Shown: in pieces, positions 55,629-64,000 of the stretch
Layout of the letters: each line of letters begins with the position of its first letter
Position numbering within the stretch: the stretch's first letter is position 1
Assembly: GCA_963666985.2 (NCBI GenBank)
Contig: CAXXIA010000003.1
Location: forward strand, 3,856-67,855
DNA length: 64,000 nucleotides
DNA from: Spirochaetia bacterium
Lineage (GTDB): Bacteria; Spirochaetota; Spirochaetia; DSM-2461
Direction: 5' to 3'
Notes under the pieces: model-generated
What the model was told of the DNA's origin: nothing
What the model saw: the letters and a program-made list of their open reading frames with translations, nothing else
The model's database searches: none
Position numbers and translations under genes: made by a program

Positions 55629-55770
55629 AATGCGGGATGAAGCAATTGAGACGATTTCAAAAATCAGCGATTTTTGAAATGAAGCCCTTCTAAAACGGAT
55701 TTAGAGAGGTTTCGGTCATCGATTACAAGCAATTTCATGAATTATGAAATTGCCTTATTCATCCCGCATT
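55629..55770 (+). repeat. intergenic structured repeat, copy B (plus orientation), bounded by a 13-bp inverted repeat
   Basis: Outer arms aatgcgggatgaa / ttcatcccgcatt (55629-55641 / 55758-55770). Hairpin gatttcaaaaatc-agc-gatttttgaaatg. Core aagcccttctaaaacgg...ggtttcggtcatcga. Palindrome gcaatttcat-gaatt-atgaaattgc (55729-55753). Confidence 0.75.
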
Positions 55771-55791
55771 TCCTCATTAGGACGACATAAG

Positions 55792-56685
55792 ATGACCAAA
55801 GAACAAAAAAGGCTCCTGAAAAACAACGCCGTCGCCTATTCGTTTATTCTCCCGAATTTCCTCGGCTTTGCGATTTTCACCTTGCTGCCGATGCTTGCCG
55901 CGATTATGCTGGTTTTCGCCAAATGGGATGGAGCGAGTCCGATACGGTGGGTGGGACTTGCCAACTTCAAGGAAATGTTCACAGCCGATTTCTACTTTTG
56001 GAAATCCTTTTCAAATACGATTTGGTATTCTTTGGCGACCGTTCCCGCCACCATCATTTGTTCGCTAATCTTGGCCATCGTCCTTAATCGCCGAATCGCG
56101 GGACGGACCATTTTTCGAACCATTTACTTTTTTCCCTATGTCGCTTCTTTAGTGGCCGTAGCGGCTGTGTGGAACTTGATTTTCCACCCTACCATGGGGC
56201 CGGTGAACGAAATGCTGATGAAATGGGGAATTGAAAATCCGCCGCGCTGGACAGCCGACACATCCTGGGCGCTGCCGACGGTCATCATGGCCTCGGTCTG
56301 GCGCTATATGGGTTATTACATGATTATCTACCTTGCCGCTCTTCAGGGGATTCCCACATACCTCTATGAGGCCGCGGCCATCGACGGCGCATCAAAACGG
56401 CAGCAGTTCCGCAATATCACTCTTCCGATGCTCACTCCGACAACCTTTTTCGTCAGCATCATGCTGACCATCAACTGCTTCAAGGTCTTCGACCTGATTC
56501 TGTTGATGACCAACGGCGGTCCGGGTTACGCGACGAACGTGCTGGTTTTCAACGTTTACACGTACGCCTTCAAGCACTTCCGATTCGGATATTCCAGCAC
56601 CTATGCCATGATCCTCTTTCTTATCGTACTGGCCGTAACTCTTATTCAGTTCCGCGCCGAAAAGAAATGGGTCGCATACTTCTAG
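55792..56685 (+). CDS. CUT1 carbohydrate ABC transporter permease (MalF/UgpA-like)
   Basis: Six-TM protein with EAA loop YEAAAIDGASKRQQFRNITLPML. ATG at 55792 (MTKEQKRLL) preferred, because the ORF-track start at 55744 lies inside repeat copy B. Confidence 0.88.
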   Translation: MTKEQKRLLKNNAVAYSFILPNFLGFAIFTLLPMLAAIMLVFAKWDGASPIRWVGLANFKEMFTADFYFWKSFSNTIWYSLATVPATIICSLILAIVLNRRIAGRTIFRTIYFFPYVASLVAVAAVWNLIFHPTMGPVNEMLMKWGIENPPRWTADTSWALPTVIMASVWRYMGYYMIIYLAALQGIPTYLYEAAAIDGASKRQQFRNITLPMLTPTTFFVSIMLTINCFKVFDLILLMTNGGPGYATNVLVFNVYTYAFKHFRFGYSSTYAMILFLIVLAVTLIQFRAEKKWVAYF

Positions 56686-56695
56686 GGAGGATGAA

Positions 56696-57541
56696 ATGGC
56701 ACATATGACTTCTTTAAGAACAAAATCCATCATCTCGAATACAGCCGTCTATATTGTGATGATCTTCCTGGCCGTTACGATGCTGGTTCCCTTCTTCTGG
56801 ATGCTCTCCGCGTCTCTGAAACGCGATATCGACGTCTTCATCTTTCCCATCGTCTGGATTCCGAAACCGCCTGTTTGGCATAACTACATCAGCATTTGGA
56901 CGCGCATCCCGTTTGTAAGATTCTTTCTCAATACCATAAAACTGACCGTTATCATCACGATTCTGCAGATCTTCACCTCCAGTTTCGCCGCATACGCTTT
57001 TGCCAAACTGCAGTTCAAAGGACGCAATTTTCTTTTTCTCAGCTATGTAGCGACAATCGCGCTGCCCTGGCAGGTCTATATGATTCCTCAGTTCATCATG
57101 ATGCGGCATCTCAGTCTTGCCGATACGCATATGGCGCTGATTATCATTCAAACCTTCACCGCTTTCGGCGTGTTCCTTATGCGGCAATTCTACATGAACG
57201 TACCCAACGAGCTCTGCGACGCGGCGCGCATCGACGGTTTGAGTGAATACGGGATTTACGGACGCATCATGCTGCCGCTCTCAAAACCGGCATTAGCCAC
57301 GCTGACGATCTTCTCATTCGTCTTCGTGTGGAACGACTTCATGGGTCCGCTGATTTATCTCAGCAGCGACAAGAAAAAAACGATACAGCTTGGACTGCGC
57401 CTGTTCATCCAGCAATACGGCGCCGATTATGCGCACATTATGGCGGCTTCACTGGTAGCGATGATTCCCGTCATTATCCTTTTTATTGCTTTCCAGCGCT
57501 TCTATGTCCAAGGCATCGCCACCAGCGGACTTAAAGGCTGA
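56696..57541 (+). CDS. CUT1 carbohydrate ABC transporter permease (MalG/UgpE-like)
   Basis: EAA loop CDAARIDGLSEYGIYGRIMLPLSKPAL. GGGAGGA RBS. Confidence 0.88.
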   Translation: MAHMTSLRTKSIISNTAVYIVMIFLAVTMLVPFFWMLSASLKRDIDVFIFPIVWIPKPPVWHNYISIWTRIPFVRFFLNTIKLTVIITILQIFTSSFAAYAFAKLQFKGRNFLFLSYVATIALPWQVYMIPQFIMMRHLSLADTHMALIIIQTFTAFGVFLMRQFYMNVPNELCDAARIDGLSEYGIYGRIMLPLSKPALATLTIFSFVFVWNDFMGPLIYLSSDKKKTIQLGLRLFIQQYGADYAHIMAASLVAMIPVIILFIAFQRFYVQGIATSGLKG

Positions 57542-57556
57542 ATCCGGAGAAGAGAA

Positions 57557-59544
57557 GTGCACTATGACGCACTGAGAAAAAATCCGCTCGCATCGTTTTC
57601 CGATGCTGCCCGGGCGGCGGAGGACTGCATCCGTCCCTACCTGCCCTTCGTAGCCGCCGGAAAGGTTCCCGGAATGGGCGGCAGCAGCTTCAAAGAATCC
57701 ACGATTCGCCTGGAAATGACCTCGCGGCTCCTCTGGGCCGCCGTACCCCTGGCCGCCGGGACACGATCCTCCGTACCTCTGGCCGCCGGGACACGATTCG
57801 CCGTACCTTTCACTGCCGCCGACAAAGCAGGCTCGAATCCGGCCGCTATGAAACCTGCCGCCGAACCTTCAGCTTCCGCGAATTTCATCGCAGGAAGCCA
57901 AAGAAGCCGCGAATCGGGCATCGAAATCCTCGCCCGTTCCGTGGCCGAAGGAACCAATCCCGAGAGCATCCGGTACTGGGGTATCCCCGAAAATCACGAC
58001 CAGATTCTGGTGGAAATGCCCGCCATAGCCCTGGCCATTGTTCTGACTCCGACAACCTTTCGGGATGCCCTCTCTCCGGAGGAACTGAAGCGTTACACTG
58101 GACTGGCTCACCTGGATAAACCGCCGAGAGGTTCCGATATGCAACTGGCTTTTCTTCGGTCTTCTGGTGAATGCCGTTCTGGCCGAATTCCGTCCGGAGG
58201 CCGTCGACGGGAAACGAATGCTATCGGCTTTGTCCGATATCGAATCTTTCTACCTGAGCGGCGGATGGTTTAACGACGGGAATCAGAACGAACGGCGGAG
58301 CCGGGACTACTACATTCCCTGGGCCTATTATTTCTTCGGACTTCTTTTTACAACTCTTGCTCCGGATATCGACCCTTCTTTCACTTCTTTCGCCGCAAAT
58401 CTTACCGAACGGGCTCGACTTTTCGCACCTCAGTACAGAGACTGGTTTGCATCCGACGGTTCTGGCCTGCCCTTCGGCCGAAGTCTGACGTACCGCTACG
58501 CACAAGCGGCATTTTGGGGAGCCCTGGCCTACGCCGATATCGAAGCTCTGCCGTGGACCGAAATGCGCGGGCTCTGGGCCTCGCAACATGCGCTGGTGGT
58601 TCGATAAGCCTTTCTTCAGTGAAACTGGTCTTCAAAAAGTAGGCTATGCCTACCCAAATCAGTACATGGCCGAACGCTACAACTCCCCCTCATCGCCGCT
58701 GTGGGCCCTCCAGGCTTTTCTCCCTCTGGCTCTCGGCCCGGAACATCCCTTCTGGAGGGCATCCGAAGAACCCTATTCCGGGAATACCTCGGACCGAGTT
58801 CAAACCGAAACGGGATTCATCCTGACCAATCTCGGCCGAGACCACAGAGTGGCCGTCTCCGCCGGACAATGGACTCCCGGAGAGGCCAACGAACATGGCC
58901 ACATGGCCGAAAAATATGAAAAGTTCGCCTACTCAACAGCCTTTGCCTTCAATGTGGCGGTTGACGAAACGGGTTTCGATAAAATTGCCCCTGACAATGC
59001 CCTGCTCCTCTCCAAGGACGGAAAAACCTTCCGACGAAAGAAGGAAAGCCGGAACCATGAGGTCGGTTCCCGATGGTGCCGATCGGAGTGGCATCCTTTC
59101 GAGGAGGTAAGTGTGGAAAGCCGGCAAGTTCTTTCAGGTTCCTGGATTCTGAGGATCCATCTTATCGAAACGGCCGTGCCTCTTTTTACTCTGGAAGGCG
59201 GCTTTCCTCTGCCCTATGATGACCGGGATTTTCATCCTTCCGCAGCCGCGGAAGAAGATGACGGACATGCCTGCCTCGCTCTCACCGCTTTCGGCGCTTC
59301 CGGAGTACGGGATGCGGGCGGTGTACGGCAGGGGATTCTGGTGGATGCTTTTCCCAATTCCAACATTCTCCATCCCCACGTCGTTATTCCCGCTTTGCAC
59401 GGCACAATTCCCTCGGGGAACAGTACATTGATGACTCTGGTAACGGCTCATCCCGACCGGGACGAAGGGCTGGATGCATGGAATCATCCGCCGGACCTTC
59501 CCTCACTTCTGGCGTTTTTGCTCGAAAAAAGAGGCCGCGGATGA
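57557..59544 (+). pseudogene. DUF2264-family protein, interrupted by two +1 frameshifts
   Basis: Three consecutive ORFs (57557-58273, 58167-58607, 58588-59544) join into one protein: ...LSPEELK | VTLDWLTWINRREVPICNWLFFGLLVNAVLAEF...EMRGLWA | RNMRWWFDKPFFSE... . The shifts lie near 58086-58092 and 58577-58583. Confidence 0.8.
57741..57808 (+). repeat. 30-bp in-frame tandem duplication inside the DUF2264 gene
   Basis: ccgtacccctggccgccgggacacgatcct / ccgtacctctggccgccgggacacgattcg / ccgtacct..., giving VPLAAGTRS-VPLAAGTRF-AVP. Confidence 0.85.
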
Positions 59545-59581
59545 TGAATCATAAAATCAAAGAAAACTTGCGAGGAATCCC

Positions 59582-61378
59582 ATGAGGCAAGAAGGAAACT
59601 TCACAGAATCCATCCACAATGAAGATTATATGCGTCCCTACGACACCCGGAACCTGGATAACCGGGGATTTGTCTTCACCGGAGGCCGAAAGACCGAAAG
59701 CCTCAATGGAGAATGGCACTTTGTTCCGGATCTCTACGACGTCGGCTTTCGTGATTCCTGGCATCGGAAGAGAACGCTCAAGGATGACGGTTTTCCCGCG
59801 GAACCCTGGGACTACCATCCCGAAGAAGGCCGCCCGGTCACGGTTCCCGGATGCTGGAATGTTATTGATCCCGTCTTTTTTCACTTCGAGGGCACAGGCT
59901 GGTATTCCCGCCGTTTTTCTTGCCCCAAGCAATCCGAAGGGGAACGGATATTCCTGCGTATCGGCGCGGCCAACTACGATACCAAGGTGTATCTGAACGG
60001 AGGTTTCCTGGGCAGCCATGTCGGAGGCTCCACACCCTTTTTCGCGGAACTCACCGGCCTGAGGGATGAAGAAAATGAACTTCTTATAGCCGTGAACAAT
60101 GTACGAACCGGCGACCGAGTGCCGATGCGAAACACGGACTGGTTCAATTGGGGAGGACTCTATCGGGACGTTTCCATCCTTCGCGTACCGGCGGTTTTCA
60201 TCCGCGATTTTCGCCTTTCCCTCGCTCCCGGCGGCGGATATGATGCTCTGGCCGTTCGCTGTGTGCTCTCCGAACCGGTCAACGGCGCCGCCGTCCTCTC
60301 CATACCCGATTTGGACATCAAGACAGAAATCCCCGTAAAAGATGGTTTGGGAGAACTGATTATTCCGGCTCAGCCGACACTCTGGGAACCGGAAAATCCG
60401 CGGCTTTACGAAGTCTCCCTGACTTACGGCGGCGACAGGGTGGAAGATTTGGTGGGTTTCCGGGATATCCGCGTAGAGGGCCGTCAAATTCTGCTCAACG
60501 GCCGTGAGATTTTTTTGAGAGGCATCAGTGTTCATGAAGACGATGCCCGAAACGGAAAGATGCTCACGGAGGAAGATCTGGACCGCCGTTTCCGCCATGC
60601 CCGGGAACTCGGGGTAAACTTCATGAGGCTGGCCCATTACCCGCACGATGAACGTGTGGCCCGGCGAGCCGACCGGGAAGGGATTCTCCTCTGGGAGGAG
60701 ATTCCCGTGTACTGGGCCATCGATTTCGCCAATCCGGTTACCTATAGCGACGCCGAGAACCAGCTTACCGAACTGATTCTCCGGGATGGAAATCGGGCGA
60801 GCGTGATTATCTGGTCGGTGGGAAATGAGAATCAGGACACGGATGAACGGCTTTCTTTCATGAGCCGGCTGGCCGACCGAGCTCGGGAACTGGACGGTAC
60901 ACGGCTGATAACGGCCGCCTGCCTGGTGAATCATGAAAAGAACCGTATTGAGGATCGGCTCGCCGCCTGTTTGGATGTAATCGGCCTGAACGAATACGTA
61001 GGCTGGTATGTTCCCGACTTCGCCGAACTTGAGGCCCTTGTTCGAAATTCAAACCCTGATCGTCCGGTCATCATCTCCGAATTCGGCGCCGGTGCCGAAG
61101 CAGGATTTCACGGAGAGGACAACCGAATGTTCACCGAGGAATATCAGGATCTGGTATACGCCCGGCAGATCGAGACCATCGCCCGACTGGAATACATCCG
61201 CGGCATGACGCCCTGGATTCTCTATGACTTCACCTGTCCCCGGCGGCAGAATCGCCATCAGCGCGGCTACAACCGCAAGGGACTCATCGCCGAGGACAAA
61301 GAGACGAAAAAGCTGGCTTTCAAGCGCCTCGCCGAGTTCTATCACACGCCGGCGAAAAACAATCTCAGCCGAGGGTAA
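59582..61378 (+). CDS. glycoside hydrolase family 2 (beta-glucuronidase/beta-galactosidase-like)
   Basis: Sugar-binding, Ig-like and TIM-barrel order. Acid/base context IIWSVGNEN and nucleophile context VIISEFGA. Confidence 0.85.
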   Translation: MRQEGNFTESIHNEDYMRPYDTRNLDNRGFVFTGGRKTESLNGEWHFVPDLYDVGFRDSWHRKRTLKDDGFPAEPWDYHPEEGRPVTVPGCWNVIDPVFFHFEGTGWYSRRFSCPKQSEGERIFLRIGAANYDTKVYLNGGFLGSHVGGSTPFFAELTGLRDEENELLIAVNNVRTGDRVPMRNTDWFNWGGLYRDVSILRVPAVFIRDFRLSLAPGGGYDALAVRCVLSEPVNGAAVLSIPDLDIKTEIPVKDGLGELIIPAQPTLWEPENPRLYEVSLTYGGDRVEDLVGFRDIRVEGRQILLNGREIFLRGISVHEDDARNGKMLTEEDLDRRFRHARELGVNFMRLAHYPHDERVARRADREGILLWEEIPVYWAIDFANPVTYSDAENQLTELILRDGNRASVIIWSVGNENQDTDERLSFMSRLADRARELDGTRLITAACLVNHEKNRIEDRLAACLDVIGLNEYVGWYVPDFAELEALVRNSNPDRPVIISEFGAGAEAGFHGEDNRMFTEEYQDLVYARQIETIARLEYIRGMTPWILYDFTCPRRQNRHQRGYNRKGLIAEDKETKKLAFKRLAEFYHTPAKNNLSRG

Positions 61379-63485
61379 ATTCGAAATGCCCACTCTTCAA
61401 CGGGCCGTTTGCCTCAAGGAGAATCCTGTAAAGAACAGGGGGCCAGGCCTGACGAAGCCTGGAATCGGTAACGGGGATCTCTTCCACCCGAATGGTGAAT
61501 CCGTCGGGAACACCAAGGGGAAGCCCCGCGGGCTTGCCCCGGTGGTCTTTTGCCGCACGGCCGCCTTCATCTTCGCCCGTTACGGATCCGTTTCCCGCGA
61601 GGCCGTCCTCAAATCGGCCCTCACCAGGCCCATCAAAGAGCAGCAAACCTCCATCCTCGTTTTCAAGGGGCCGCCAGGGGGTCATCAGAATAAAAACCAC
61701 AGAGGAAGAGTTCTCCAAAGTAAAGTCCTCGCGCACCGTCACCCGGCCGCCTCCCGCCCGATCCAGTCGAATCAGGCGGTTCCAGGAACGGATTCCCGCT
61801 TCCTTGGGATAAGCCCCGCCGATGTCCAGAGACAGTTCGGCAAAGTCCTCTTCCAGTCGGCAGACCACATTTTCGGCCCCGGATTCCCGGCCGGGCGACT
61901 GACCCAATCCCCCGATTATGGGCAGATTGTGATACTCGGAACGCATGGTCCAAAGGGAATAGCGCTCAGGACCGAAGGTTTTGGCCGTGTATGTTTCAAC
62001 ACCTATGTCGATAAGCACCGGTTCTCCTGCGTGATAAACCAGAAACGATCCGACATCGTTGTGATTATGATTTTCCCCGTTGTGCCCTCCCTTGGCGGCC
62101 AGAAAAAAACCTTCATGGGAACTCTCGGAAGTCCGGGCGCACATCACCTGAATGTCTCCGAGCCAGCTCTGAAGAATCTCCGGAATCTCGGCGGTACACC
62201 GAACGCCGAACAAATCGTGCGGGGAACATCCCCTCCGGGGCCGGGGCAGAGCAGCGATTATTCCAACCGGCTCCTTTTCGCTCCCCTCCCCGCTCTCATT
62301 CCGGGCCGTCGCGCCGAAACTTCCGTCGGGAAACCTCGATTCCGCCGCCGAATCGCTCATGCGATGAAGCTTCCGAAAAAAACTTTCCGGAACATCTTCC
62401 GCCGCATCGGGAGCTCGGCCCTGACGCCGCGCCAGATTCACACCGAAGGCTTCCAATCCGCTGTCCTTAATCCGCACACCCCAGCGCCGGATAAGATCAC
62501 CCGGGATGTAGGGAACAATCGCCGAGCCGTCGGCGAAATTGACATAAAAATCACCGGCGATATGAACCTTCCGAATGTAGCGGCCCATTTCGGCGATAAG
62601 AGGTTCGTCATAGGCCGAGATTCGGCCTCCCGACATTTCAAAAAGAATCTCCAAGGCATCGAAGAGGGCCGCTCCGGCCTTAGTCCAGTAAGCCGCGCCT
62701 TCGTCGCAGCCTCCGTCCTCACCGTATTCCGCCAAGAACCTGTCCAGAAGTCGACAGGACTTAAGGGCGAGGGAGGAACGTTCGGCGTCGAATTCCTCCA
62801 GGAGAGCCGCCGTAATCAAAACATTGGACACAATCCAGGGATTCCAGTTGTTCACCCTCTGTCCCGGAGCCAAGTTTTCGCCCATCCACCAAAAATCAGT
62901 CCGCTCCAAAAAAGGCATGACGATCCGGTAACGGAGCTCCCGGAGAACCCGCCTGGCCGTCAAAGGACTTTCTTTTTCCAGAGAGGGACCGGCGAGGCGA
63001 AGAGCCCAGGCCAAAAGGGCGGCTGTTTCCGCGGCGAACAAATCAAGCACGGGCTCATCAACATCGCAGAGATCCGGAGCCGCGATGCCGGACACGGCAT
63101 TATGGGCGCTCAATCCCCAGAAACTCTCCTCGCAGATGGTCCAAAGCGCATCAAGGAGCAAGCCCGCGGCAGGCGTAACGGACGGACTGAAAAGATGATC
63201 CGTCAGGATATCGCCCAAAAGCTTACGCCTCTCGAAATGGATTTTTTCGTACCCCGAACGGTCACCGTCCGTTCGAAAACGGCGGAAAAGGGACGCCGTC
63301 AAAGGCGGCCAAGAGTAATCTGCCCATCGCCGGGAAAATCCGGCTCCGCCGGCCGCTCGGGCCGCCTTCGTCCAGAACTCCCGGTTCGAAACGTCGGGGA
63401 AAAAATCCACAGGCCGGGCAAAAAGATCCGGCCGTGCCTTCAAAGCACCGACGCAGCGTTCCTCCAGGCTTATCTTCAACGACAT
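61365..63485 (-). CDS. heparinase II/III-like polysaccharide lyase family protein
   Basis: N-terminal alpha/alpha toroid-like region and the C-terminal motif GGHNGENHNHNDVGSFLVYHAGEPVLIDIG typical of heparinase II/III-like proteins. Confidence 0.8.
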   Translation of the reverse strand: MSLKISLEERCVGALKARPDLFARPVDFFPDVSNREFWTKAARAAGGAGFSRRWADYSWPPLTASLFRRFRTDGDRSGYEKIHFERRKLLGDILTDHLFSPSVTPAAGLLLDALWTICEESFWGLSAHNAVSGIAAPDLCDVDEPVLDLFAAETAALLAWALRLAGPSLEKESPLTARRVLRELRYRIVMPFLERTDFWWMGENLAPGQRVNNWNPWIVSNVLITAALLEEFDAERSSLALKSCRLLDRFLAEYGEDGGCDEGAAYWTKAGAALFDALEILFEMSGGRISAYDEPLIAEMGRYIRKVHIAGDFYVNFADGSAIVPYIPGDLIRRWGVRIKDSGLEAFGVNLARRQGRAPDAAEDVPESFFRKLHRMSDSAAESRFPDGSFGATARNESGEGSEKEPVGIIAALPRPRRGCSPHDLFGVRCTAEIPEILQSWLGDIQVMCARTSESSHEGFFLAAKGGHNGENHNHNDVGSFLVYHAGEPVLIDIGVETYTAKTFGPERYSLWTMRSEYHNLPIIGGLGQSPGRESGAENVVCRLEEDFAELSLDIGGAYPKEAGIRSWNRLIRLDRAGGGRVTVREDFTLENSSSVVFILMTPWRPLENEDGGLLLFDGPGEGRFEDGLAGNGSVTGEDEGGRAAKDHRGKPAGLPLGVPDGFTIRVEEIPVTDSRLRQAWPPVLYRILLEANGPLKSGHFEFTLG

Positions 63486-63544
63486 GCACGCCCCCTTGAG
63501 GCAAATCCGTCCATGAGAGACATTCTACAACAAGGAGTCCCGAT

Positions 63545-64000
63545 ATGAATCGCCAAGCCGATCCAATCACCCGTTCCATGGAAACTTATCAAAAAGAAAT
63601 CGCCTTCGCCGCGGCTAAAATCAAAACCTTCATCCCTCATTTCGCCGAGAACTTTCCCGGACCTTCCAGCGTCGGCGGAATATACCCTATTCGGCCCAAC
63701 GAAGATTGGACCTCATCGTTCTGGACGGGGATGCTTTGGCTGTGCTGGGAAGCCACCGGCGATGACGATTTCCGCCGGGCCGCAGAAGCCCAGCTTCCCT
63801 CGTTCTACCGCCGCGCCTACGAACGGCTTCACACCGACACGCACGATTTGGGATTCCTTTACACCCTTTCCTGCGTCGCCGCGTGGAAACTCACCGGCAA
63901 CCAAGAAGCCCGAAATGCCGCCCTTGCCGCCGCGGATCTCTTGATGGAACGCTTCCTCCCGGCCGCCGGAATTATCCAGGCTTGGGGGAATCTGAACGAT
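63545..64000 (+). CDS. glycoside hydrolase family 88 (unsaturated glucuronyl hydrolase-like), N-terminal part; 3' end outside window
   Basis: Open frame from ATG 63545 to the window edge: ...NEDWTSSFWTGMLWLCWEATGD...HDLGFLYTLSCVAAWKLTGN... is typical of GH88. Confidence 0.8.
   Translation, partial: MNRQADPITRSMETYQKEIAFAAAKIKTFIPHFAENFPGPSSVGGIYPIRPNEDWTSSFWTGMLWLCWEATGDDDFRRAAEAQLPSFYRRAYERLHTDTHDLGFLYTLSCVAAWKLTGNQEARNAALAAADLLMERFLPAAGIIQAWGNLND

Noticed and set aside
59549-60934. 461-aa ORF on the minus strand
   Set aside because: Antisense to the GH2 gene, which has clear catalytic motifs. The translation is featureless.
61224-63548. 774-aa ORF on the plus strand
   Set aside because: It is the antisense shadow of the heparinase II/III-like gene. 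Its Arg/Gly/Pro/Ser-rich translation has no motif, whereas the minus-strand frame carries family signatures. Long antisense ORFs are expected in GC-rich coding DNA.

Overview
64-kb, moderately GC-rich, densely coding chromosomal segment with about 50 genes, mostly on the minus strand. I see no rRNA, CRISPR array, transposase, integrase or phage genes. The gene content (Cache-type MCPs, a BMP/TmpC-type nucleoside lipoprotein, several c-di-GMP proteins, lipoprotein SBPs) would fit a motile saccharolytic bacterium such as a spirochaete, but taxonomy cannot be established from this window. Blocks: (1) 1-8.1 kb: 3' end of galM, a PhoR/PhoB-like two-component pair with a 60-bp tandem duplication at the gene junction, and two tandem MCP paralogs. 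(2) 8.4 kb: tRNA-Leu(GAG) followed by a duplicated relic of its own 3' end plus terminator. (3) 8.8-14.2 kb: co-directional minus-strand string of three uncharacterised proteins (one an N-terminally extended HU-family protein, one a SWIM zinc-finger protein), two cNMP-binding GGDEF paralogs (one degenerate) and a DHH/DHHA1 phosphoesterase. (4) 14.3-18.1 kb: metallophosphoesterase, PadR, a two-domain Isf-like flavoprotein and a nitroreductase. (5) 18.2-32.2 kb: a GntR regulator plus a 13-gene ribose-type ABC/catabolic operon with two FGGY kinases, two SDRs, two DeoC-family aldolases, a VOC protein, an orphan Lpd-like flavoprotein disulfide reductase and a C_GCAxxG_C_C protein; I cannot map it to a known pathway. 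(6) 32.3-51.1 kb: nucleoside/nucleotide scavenging neighbourhood (DUF89 phosphatase, 5'-nucleotidase, deoD, M20 amidohydrolase, deaminase-type amidohydrolase, two nucleoside hydrolases, BMP-type ABC transporter, ADP-ribosylglycohydrolase-like protein), interrupted by a large Cache-GAF-HD-GYP protein. (7) 51.2-64 kb: a YesM/YesN-type two-component system with a CUT1 ABC transporter, DUF2264, GH2, heparinase II/III-like and GH88 genes (unsaturated-uronate oligosaccharide locus). In this last block the SBP and DUF2264 genes are broken by six frameshifts, all in the +1 direction. A structured intergenic repeat family occurs in three copies, and there are other inverted-repeat elements. All calls come from reading the sequence and the supplied ORF translations; no database search or RNA folding was run.
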